Source: an uncultured Opitutales bacterium (GTDB lineage: Bacteria > Verrucomicrobiota > Verrucomicrobiia > Opitutales > Intestinicryptomonadaceae). From it: DNA of 32,000 bases. The stretch lies in assembly GCA_934613415.1 (NCBI GenBank), contig CAKTSY010000001.1:531813-563812 (forward strand), in the 5' to 3' direction. Shown piece after piece: positions 26,161-32,000 of the stretch. The stretch's first letter is position 1. The number at the start of each line of letters is the position of its first letter. The notes under the pieces were generated by a model. That model was not told the DNA's origin, did no database searches, and worked only from the letters and a program-made list of their open reading frames with translations. The translations under genes were made by a program, and so were the position numbers.

Positions 26161-26197
26161 AAAATTCCGTACCTTTAAAAAAGTATGGAATTTTTTT
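26161..26197 (+). terminator. Probable Rho-independent terminator after the regulator gene
   Basis: AAAATTCCGTAC (26161-26172) pairs with GTATGGAATTTT (26183-26194): 12 bp including one G-U, with a 10-nt loop and a T-run to 26197. The stem is AT-rich, so strength is moderate. The ORF-track start at 26185 lies inside this stem. Confidence 0.45.
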
Positions 26198-26223
26198 GTT
26201 ATGTATGCTTTAATTTACGGCGA

Positions 26224-26721
26224 ATGAGACTTTTTTTACTACGACACAGCATTGCCAAAGAAATTTTGCCCGATTGCGATAGGCCGCTTACCGAAAGCGG
26301 CGTTGCGCAGCTCGACAAACTTTGCAGCCTGCTAGACCCCGCAATTTTCAGGAACACCGCCCAGTTGTGGCATAGCCCGTATTTAAGAGCAGCCCAAAGC
26401 GCAAAACTTTTTGCCGAAAAGCTAAATATAAAAATTCCCCTTCTTAAAACAAAAGGGCTTTTGCCCGACGATTCGTGCACTCAAATGGCAAAGACAATTG
26501 CTTCGCTTTCAACAATAGGTGCCGATTTAATGATTGTAGGGCACAACCCGCATTTAGAATCGCTTTCGCAGCTGCTGCTAAACGACAAGTCGCACAGGTG
26601 CGCCGTAAGGTTTTACCCCGCAACATTTGCGTACCTTGAATTGGCAGAATTTCCCTCGCACGAAAACGAATTCGGCATATGGCACTTAAAAAGCCTTATA
26701 TCGCCTACACTTTTAAAATAG
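26224..26721 (+). CDS. sixA: SixA-like phosphohistidine phosphatase (histidine phosphatase superfamily)
   Basis: MRLFLLRHSIA (RHG-type catalytic motif as RHS), RPLTESG, SPYLRAAQSA and IVGHNPHL align by eye with E. coli SixA (IMRHGDA, RPLT, SPFLRAEQT, ISHLPLV). Start moved to ATG 26224. Confidence 0.75.
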   Translation: MRLFLLRHSIAKEILPDCDRPLTESGVAQLDKLCSLLDPAIFRNTAQLWHSPYLRAAQSAKLFAEKLNIKIPLLKTKGLLPDDSCTQMAKTIASLSTIGADLMIVGHNPHLESLSQLLLNDKSHRCAVRFYPATFAYLELAEFPSHENEFGIWHLKSLISPTLLK

Positions 26722-26728
26722 CATTAAA

Positions 26729-27640
26729 ATGGATATCTCGATAATTCTTCCGCTTTACAACGAACAGGAAACTTTGCCCGCCTTCTTTGCAAAGCTTTCG
26801 GAAACAATGTCGAAAATTCCATCTTATTCGTACGAAGTTATTTGCGTTAACGACGGCAGCACCGACAACACCCCCGCAATTTTAAACGAACTGGCAAAGG
26901 ATAACCCAGATATAAAAGTTATAAATTTTTCGCGCAATTTCGGCAAAGAAGCCTCTATGATGGCTGCGTTAAAATTCTGTTCCGGCAAATGCGCAATACC
27001 AATCGACGCCGATTTGCAAGACCCCCCAAGCCTTATAATTGAATTTGTTAAAAAGTGGCAAAGCGGCTACGATGTTGTTTACGGAGTGCGCAAAGACAGA
27101 ACAAGCGACGGGCTTTTTAGAAAGCTTACCGCAGGCGGGTTTTACAAGATTTACAACCTACTTGCCGAACGCCCCATTCCCTACAACACAGGCGACTATA
27201 GGCTTATGTCGCGCAAGGTTATAGAGGCTGTTTTGTCGCTTAACGAGCGCGGACTTTTTATGAAGGGGCTTTTTAACTGGGTTGGCTTTAAGTCGTGCGC
27301 GGTAGAATATGTGCGCCCCAAGCGCGTCGGCGGGAAATCTAAATGGAACAACCTAAAGCTTTGGAACTTTGCGCTAGACGGCATTTTTAGCGCTTCTACT
27401 TTGCCCCTTAGAATTTGGAGCTATGTGGGCTGCTTTATGGCGTTTATTTCGTTCTTTGCGGCGTTTTGCGTATTGATTTTCGGAGAGGCTTCGTATGCAA
27501 AAATAACGCTGCTTTCGGTGCTGTTTTTGGGCGGCATTCAGCTTATTGCGCTTGGCATTTTAGGCGAATACATAGGCAGAATCTTTAAGGAATCTAAACA
27601 ACGCCCGCGCTATATAATAGAAAGCACGAAAAACTTGTAG
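26729..27640 (+). CDS. Family 2 glycosyltransferase, polyprenyl-phosphate sugar transferase type (GtrB/ArnC/DPM1-like)
   Basis: ISIILPLYNE, VNDGSTDNT and DADLQDPP (the DxD region) motifs, plus two C-terminal TM helices typical of GtrB/ArnC-like enzymes. Confidence 0.9.
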   Translation: MDISIILPLYNEQETLPAFFAKLSETMSKIPSYSYEVICVNDGSTDNTPAILNELAKDNPDIKVINFSRNFGKEASMMAALKFCSGKCAIPIDADLQDPPSLIIEFVKKWQSGYDVVYGVRKDRTSDGLFRKLTAGGFYKIYNLLAERPIPYNTGDYRLMSRKVIEAVLSLNERGLFMKGLFNWVGFKSCAVEYVRPKRVGGKSKWNNLKLWNFALDGIFSASTLPLRIWSYVGCFMAFISFFAAFCVLIFGEASYAKITLLSVLFLGGIQLIALGILGEYIGRIFKESKQRPRYIIESTKNL

Positions 27641-27651
27641 GGCAAAAAAGC

Positions 27652-27675
27652 GGCTTGCGACAAAGCCAGTTTTTT
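27652..27675 (+). terminator. Weak hairpin + T-run after the GT2 gene
   Basis: GGCTT (27652-27656) / AAGCC (27663-27667), 6-nt loop, then AG + TTTTTT (27670-27675). The stem is only 5 bp. Confidence 0.3.
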
Positions 27676-27683
27676 GCGAACAC

Positions 27684-27731
27684 AAAAAAGCGGCAAAAGA
27701 GCAAATTCTTTTATGCCGCCTTTTTGTTTTT
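27684..27731. terminator. Bidirectional Rho-independent terminator between convergent GT2 gene and lpxA
   Basis: GCGGCAAAAGA (27690-27700) pairs with TCTTTT-(AT bulge)-GCCGC (27707-27719), with a 6-nt loop. It is flanked by A6 (27684-27689) and TTTTTGTTTTT (27721-27731), so it presents a U-tract on both strands. Confidence 0.6.
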
Positions 27732-27742
27732 GCGTTAAAAGA

Positions 27743-28519
27743 CTATAGCAAACCGCGCTCTGTAGAATTTTCCGCAAAATGTATTATAGCCTGAAGCACC
27801 CTGTCGGAAGCTTCGGGGTGTTTGCGCAATTCTTCTATTGCCTGCGGACGCGCATAGTGGCGTTTGTAGATAATCTTAAACGCGCTAAACGCCAAGTCTA
27901 TTTCGGCAACAGTGTAGGCGTTTCTTTGCATATTAACCTTGTTTATTGCGCAAACCGCCGCGGGCGAGCCGTCGGCCATAAAAAACGGAGGCAAGTCTTT
28001 TACAAGTTTAGACGATGCGCTTAGCATTGCGTACGCGCCTATTCTGCAAAACTGGTGCACACCGCTACCCCAACCTATTACGGCGTGGTCTTCAACCTTA
28101 ACGTGGCCGCCCAAAGCGGCGTGTGCACTCATAACAATGTAGTTGCCAACGATGCAATCGTGCGCAATGTGGCTGTAGGCCAAAATGTTGTTGTTGTCGC
28201 CAACTATTGTGTTTTCGCCGTCTTTTGTGGCGCAGTGGGCGGTTGTATATTCTCTAAATACGTTGCCCGAACCTATCTTAAGCCCGGGGGTGCCCCCTAC
28301 AAATTTAAGGTCGTGGGTTTTGCCGCCTATAAACGCATAGGGAAAAACCTGATTGTTTTCGCCCATTTCGGTAAGGCCGTCTACTGTGGCATGGTGCGCA
28401 ATTACGCTGCCCGCGCCAATCTTTACACTTGCGCCAATATACGCATAGGCGCCGACTTGCACGTTGTCGTCTAGCTGGGCGCCCTTTTCAATAATGGCAG
28501 TAGGATGTATATTTGTCAT
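27743..28519 (-). CDS. lpxA: Acyl-ACP--UDP-N-acetylglucosamine O-acyltransferase LpxA
   Basis: MTNIHPTAIIEKGAQL start, left-handed beta-helix hexapeptide repeats, and a C-terminal helical domain. Sits downstream of lpxC::fabZ. Confidence 0.93.
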   Translation of the reverse strand: MTNIHPTAIIEKGAQLDDNVQVGAYAYIGASVKIGAGSVIAHHATVDGLTEMGENNQVFPYAFIGGKTHDLKFVGGTPGLKIGSGNVFREYTTAHCATKDGENTIVGDNNNILAYSHIAHDCIVGNYIVMSAHAALGGHVKVEDHAVIGWGSGVHQFCRIGAYAMLSASSKLVKDLPPFFMADGSPAAVCAINKVNMQRNAYTVAEIDLAFSAFKIIYKRHYARPQAIEELRKHPEASDRVLQAIIHFAENSTERGLL

Positions 28520-28543
28520 AACCGCTATTTATTTTTAAATTCG

Positions 28544-29890
28544 TTAAACCGTTTCGGGGGCTGCAACTATTGCAAACATAATTTCGGCCGACGAAACCGT
28601 TTTGCCGTCTACACAACACTCAGCCGTTGCGCATGCAAATTTTTCGCCGCGCGTTTTTGTTATTTTTACGTCTATTTGAATTTGGTCGCCCGGCTTTACG
28701 GTGTTACGAAACTTTACGTTGTCGGCACTCATAAAATATGCAATTTTGTTTTCGCCGTTAACGTGCCTTAGCATAAGCACGCCCGCCGCCTGCGCCATTG
28801 CCTCGAGCTGCAAAACCCCCGGCATTACGGGGTTGCCAGGGAAGTGCCCCTGAAAAAACGGCTCGTTAATTGTAACGTTCTTTATTGCAGTAAGAGACAT
28901 ATTGTCGGGGCTAACCTTAACGACTTTGTCTATCATCACAAAGGGGTATCTATGCGGCAACAAATCCAAAATGCGGCGCGAGTCCAATACCTCTTCGGTA
29001 AACATCTTTACCTTGGGCGAAAGAGACTTTGCCGGAGTAGAATGCTCTTCGGCGGGCACGGCAGTCATTTGCTCGTAGATTGCCTTTGTAAGCTTTGCGT
29101 TAAGCGAATGCCCCGGGCGCACGGCAATTATGTGTGCTTTAAGTTTTTTGCCCAGCAAAGCCAAATCGCCCATAAGGTCTAAAATCTTATGGCGCACAAA
29201 CTCGTCCTGAAAACGCAGGGGCTCTTTCGACAAAATTTTGTCGCCCTTAATAACTATTGCAGAATCTAAGCTGCCGCCCTGAATTTTGCCCATTTTAAGC
29301 AAGGGCTCTATATCTTCGTAAACTGTAAATGTGCGCGAAGGAGCAATGTCGGACTGGTAGAAATCCGGATACAAATCTACCGACAAGTGCTGGGTGTGAA
29401 TGCCCCTGTCGTCGGCCGAAGTGCAGGTTATTTTTAAGCCGTCGTATGGCAATGCAATAAGCGAGCGGTTGCCGTCGGTTACCGAAAGCGGGCTTTTAAG
29501 AGAATAGTATTCGCGCTCGGCGTTTTGCTCTACGGGTTCTGCCTGCTGTATTAAATTTACAAAATATTTCGCCGAACCGTCTAAAATGGGGGGTTCTGCG
29601 GCGTTCATTTCGACAATAACGTTGTCGATATTCATACCGTTTAACGCCGACATAACGTGCTCTATTGTATGAAGCGAAACATTGCCGTCGCTAACGCCCG
29701 TGTTGCGTATTAAATCTGTGCCTATAAGGGTAATAGACGGCTTTATTTCGGGCTTGCCGTAAAGGTCTTTGCGCCTGAAAACTATGCCCGTATTTTCGGG
29801 GGCGGGCTTTAATGTAAGCGTTACGTCTACACCCGAGTGCAACGCTTTGCCGCTAATCGAAACTTCCCTATTTATGGTTCTTTGCTTCAT
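28544..29890 (-). CDS. lpxC-fabZ: Bifunctional UDP-3-O-acyl-GlcNAc deacetylase / 3-hydroxyacyl-ACP dehydratase (LpxC-FabZ fusion)
   Basis: LpxC part: [50 protein letters not shown]. FabZ part: [36 protein letters not shown]. Start set at ATG 29890 ([10 protein letters not shown]...), 5 nt after the obg stop, rather than ORF-track 29971, which overlaps obg. Confidence 0.9.
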   Translation of the reverse strand: MKQRTINREVSISGKALHSGVDVTLTLKPAPENTGIVFRRKDLYGKPEIKPSITLIGTDLIRNTGVSDGNVSLHTIEHVMSALNGMNIDNVIVEMNAAEPPILDGSAKYFVNLIQQAEPVEQNAEREYYSLKSPLSVTDGNRSLIALPYDGLKITCTSADDRGIHTQHLSVDLYPDFYQSDIAPSRTFTVYEDIEPLLKMGKIQGGSLDSAIVIKGDKILSKEPLRFQDEFVRHKILDLMGDLALLGKKLKAHIIAVRPGHSLNAKLTKAIYEQMTAVPAEEHSTPAKSLSPKVKMFTEEVLDSRRILDLLPHRYPFVMIDKVVKVSPDNMSLTAIKNVTINEPFFQGHFPGNPVMPGVLQLEAMAQAAGVLMLRHVNGENKIAYFMSADNVKFRNTVKPGDQIQIDVKITKTRGEKFACATAECCVDGKTVSSAEIMFAIVAAPETV

Positions 29891-29895
29891 ATCGT

Positions 29896-30900
29896 CTATA
29901 AATTGTTCTTGGCTTTTACAGATGTGTATATTGCACTCTTTAAGGTGTCTAACCCCTCGTTTGTAAGGCACGAAACGGGGATAACGTCTACCAAAGGATA
30001 TTTCTTTTTAAACGCCTTAAGGTTTTTTGCCGAGCTTTCTTCGTCCATCTTATTGGCTGCCACAAGCCTTGGCTTTTTAAGCAGGTCTTCGTTATACAAG
30101 GCAAGCTCTTTAAGCAGGTTTTCGTAGTCGTCTACAGGCTTGCGGTTGTCGGTACCCGCCATATCAAGCATAAACAAAATAGTTTTGCATCTTTCTATAT
30201 GGCGCAAAAACTTGTGCCCTAAACCCTTGTTTTCCGAAGCGCCCTCTATTAAGCCGGGAATGTCTGCCATACTTACAAAGTCGTAGGTGTCGGGGTATTT
30301 TATAATGCCAACATTAACATGCAGCGTTGTAAACGGATAACTTGCAACTTTGGGCCTTGCCATTGTTATAATGTGCATTAGCGAAGACTTGCCCGCATTT
30401 GGGAACCCAACCAACCCTACGTCGGAAATGGTTTTTAAAACTATGTCGAACTCGCCGTATTGCCCCTCTTCGCCCATTGTGTGCTGGCGCGGAGCCTGAT
30501 TTACCGAGCTTTTAAAATGCAGGTTGCCCAAGCCGCCCTTGCCGCCCTTTAGCAGCAAAATTTCCTGCCCGTGGGTAAGCAGTTCGCAAACAATGTCGCC
30601 CGTTTCGGGGTTTATAAAAACGGTTCCCGGGGGGAAATGCACGCGAACATCTTTGCCGCATTCTCCCGTTTTTTGGCGGCTTTGACCTTTTTTGCCGTCG
30701 CCCGCCTTATAGAACGGAGTATATCTAAAGCGTTCCAAATCGCCAACGTTTTCGTCGCACAGCGCGTATATGCTGCCGCCGTTGCCGCCGTCGCCGCCGT
30801 CGGGCCCGCCAAAGGGTATATATTTTTCCCTTCTAAAGCTGGCAATTCCGTTGCCGCCGTCGCCCGCCTTTAATCTGATATGTGCTTCGTCTACAAACAT
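29896..30900 (-). CDS. obg: GTPase Obg/CgtA
   Basis: [27 protein letters not shown] and a glycine-rich Obg fold (GGDGGNGGS). G1 [10 protein letters not shown]3 [10 protein letters not shown]4 NKMD. Start at ATG 30900. Confidence 0.95.
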   Translation of the reverse strand: MFVDEAHIRLKAGDGGNGIASFRREKYIPFGGPDGGDGGNGGSIYALCDENVGDLERFRYTPFYKAGDGKKGQSRQKTGECGKDVRVHFPPGTVFINPETGDIVCELLTHGQEILLLKGGKGGLGNLHFKSSVNQAPRQHTMGEEGQYGEFDIVLKTISDVGLVGFPNAGKSSLMHIITMARPKVASYPFTTLHVNVGIIKYPDTYDFVSMADIPGLIEGASENKGLGHKFLRHIERCKTILFMLDMAGTDNRKPVDDYENLLKELALYNEDLLKKPRLVAANKMDEESSAKNLKAFKKKYPLVDVIPVSCLTNEGLDTLKSAIYTSVKAKNNL

Positions 30901-30945
30901 AATTATATAGACAAAAGTTTCTACATTTGCCGGCAAATGTCAAAA

Positions 30946-31842
30946 TCAAAAAAAGCCCCTAAAATGCTCCATACACATACCCCATCTTAGGCTTTTCCGG
31001 GTATAGTATATTTTATCGGCGTCGAAATACTCTAGGGCTGCCAATATGCAAGTAAAAGCCGCAGCAATTATGTCGGAACGCGCGGGCTCTATCCCGTATT
31101 TTTCGGAACGCTCTTTTGCCGAAGAAGCCGCAATTTTCTTTAGCGCAAATTTAAGCTGCCCAAGCTCTAACGGCGAACCGTTTGGTGTTTTTTGCATTAA
31201 GCGCGCGGCAGCCACCGCTCCGCCCGTGGCTATAACACATCTGTTGTGCGACTTAAAGTTTGCAGCTTTAAGCTGGGCTAGGCAATAGTCGTTTATCTTT
31301 AAAATAGTTTCCTCTAAAACGGGCATTTGAGGGTTTTTTATAAACTTTTTTGTAAGCCTTACCGCCCCTATGGGTATAGACACCGCCTTTTCGGGCTTTC
31401 CGTTTTCGCAATAACCGCATTCCATACTGCCGCCGCCTAGGTCGAAAAACACGCATTTGTCGAATTTTGGCAGCGCAGAATCCGACAACGCTCCCGACAT
31501 AGAAAGCATTGCCTCGGTTTGCCCCGAAATTATGTTTATTTTAACGCCGCACTTGTCGTAAATATACCTGCAAATTTCGTCGGCATTTTGCGCCCCCCTT
31601 AATGCGGAAGTAGCGCACGCAATTATGTCGAAACTTTCGCTCTCTTTTTTTGCAAGCTCTATAAAATCGCAAATTGCTTGAACGATAAGCTCTTTTGCGT
31701 TGCCTACAAGCCCGTTTTTGCCGCAAATTCTAAAATTGGCGGTATTCGTAAAAATTTCCCTAATAGACAGCTGCGCCTTTTTTGCAAACAGACACTTTAT
31801 TGTGTTCGAGCCTATGTCTATAGCCAATACATATTCGTTCAT
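30946..31842 (-). CDS. Ppx/GppA-family phosphatase (exopolyphosphatase / pppGpp phosphohydrolase, short single-module form)
   Basis: ASKHA-fold motifs LAIDIGSNTIKCL and DLGGGSMEC. At 298 aa it has only the N-terminal Ppx/GppA module. Confidence 0.8.
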   Translation of the reverse strand: MNEYVLAIDIGSNTIKCLFAKKAQLSIREIFTNTANFRICGKNGLVGNAKELIVQAICDFIELAKKESESFDIIACATSALRGAQNADEICRYIYDKCGVKINIISGQTEAMLSMSGALSDSALPKFDKCVFFDLGGGSMECGYCENGKPEKAVSIPIGAVRLTKKFIKNPQMPVLEETILKINDYCLAQLKAANFKSHNRCVIATGGAVAAARLMQKTPNGSPLELGQLKFALKKIAASSAKERSEKYGIEPARSDIIAAAFTCILAALEYFDADKIYYTRKSLRWGMCMEHFRGFF

Positions 31843-32000
31843 ATTTGGTATCCTTCGGGTGCAATTATAACCACAAATTCGCCCTTAACCGCGCTTTTTA
31901 AAAGCTCTTGGCGCACGCTTTCTATTGTGCCCGTAAAAAAGCGTTCGTGCATTTTTGTAAGCTCTTTTGCTATGCAAATTGCACGGTTGGGGCCAAAAAC
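31839..32000 (-). CDS. rsmI: 16S rRNA 2'-O-ribose C1402 methyltransferase RsmI, C-terminal fragment (gene continues beyond window)
   Basis: Not in the ORF track because no start lies in the window. My translation of the minus strand gives VFGPNRAICIAKELTKMHERFFTGTIESVRQELLKSAVKGEFVVIIAPEGYQI*. The (A/R)KELTK.HE...G(T)...KGEFV(L/V)(V/I) pattern is the remembered RsmI C-terminus. Its stop overlaps the ppx start (ATGA). Confidence 0.6.
   Translation of the reverse strand, partial: VFGPNRAICIAKELTKMHERFFTGTIESVRQELLKSAVKGEFVVIIAPEGYQI

Noticed and set aside
29891-29971. 27-aa N-terminal extension of lpxC::fabZ (ORF-track start 29971).
   Set aside because: It overlaps the 3' end of obg. LpxC homology begins right at [20 protein letters not shown] (ATG 29890).
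1-32000. Search for defence islands, prophage or mobile elements, toxin-antitoxin pairs, tRNA/rRNA genes and biosynthetic clusters.
   Set aside because: Every sizeable ORF is accounted for by housekeeping functions: division and cell wall, lipid A, translation-related, and one regulator/transporter pair. No integrase, transposase, nuclease/helicase defence-type gene or RNA gene signature was seen.

Overview
This window looks like ordinary core chromosome from a diderm, LPS-making bacterium. I guess a PVC-group organism (Lentisphaerota/Verrucomicrobiota-like), based on a PEP-CTERM/PATR-repeat surface protein and the state of ftsZ; this is inference and unverified. No rRNA, tRNA, CRISPR array, transposase or integrase was recognised.

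Layout:
- 48-2861 (+): a large secreted PEP-CTERM protein with a clean terminator.
- 2921-3566: an unusually long (~650-700 bp) intergenic region rich in A/T tracts and hairpins.
- 3567-21205 (+): a nearly complete, tightly packed and translationally coupled dcw cluster: mraZ-rsmH-ftsL-ftsI-murE-murF-mraY-murD-[LysM x3 gene]-ftsW-murG-murC-ddl-ftsQ-ftsA-[FtsZ-like].
- 21210-22845 (+): a Dabb-domain gene and cca.
- 22853-27640: a polytopic transporter (-), then a divergently transcribed GAF/AAA+/HTH enhancer-binding-protein-like regulator, a SixA-like phosphatase and a GT2 polyprenyl-phosphate glycosyltransferase (all +).
- 27743-32000 (-): rsmI(partial)-ppx/gppA-obg-lpxC::fabZ-lpxA.

The most interesting signal is the gene in the ftsZ slot. 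It encodes only 249 aa. It has a recognisable but degenerate FtsZ N-terminal domain in which the tubulin signature GGGTGTG reads FGGDKSA and the T2/T3 loop region is deleted. It has no C-terminal (T7) domain, yet it keeps an intact FtsA-binding C-terminal peptide (DLDIPTYLRR).

Secondary oddities:
- A catalytic-domain-less triple-LysM protein sits between murD and ftsW.
- MurF carries a 76-aa poly-acidic tail.
- The EBP-like regulator has altered sigma-54-contact (GAFEGA) and arginine motifs (FLEDLYAQI).
- TTTGG repeats phased on the DNA helix lie directly upstream of mraZ.

All homology calls were made by eye from remembered family motifs; no database search was run.
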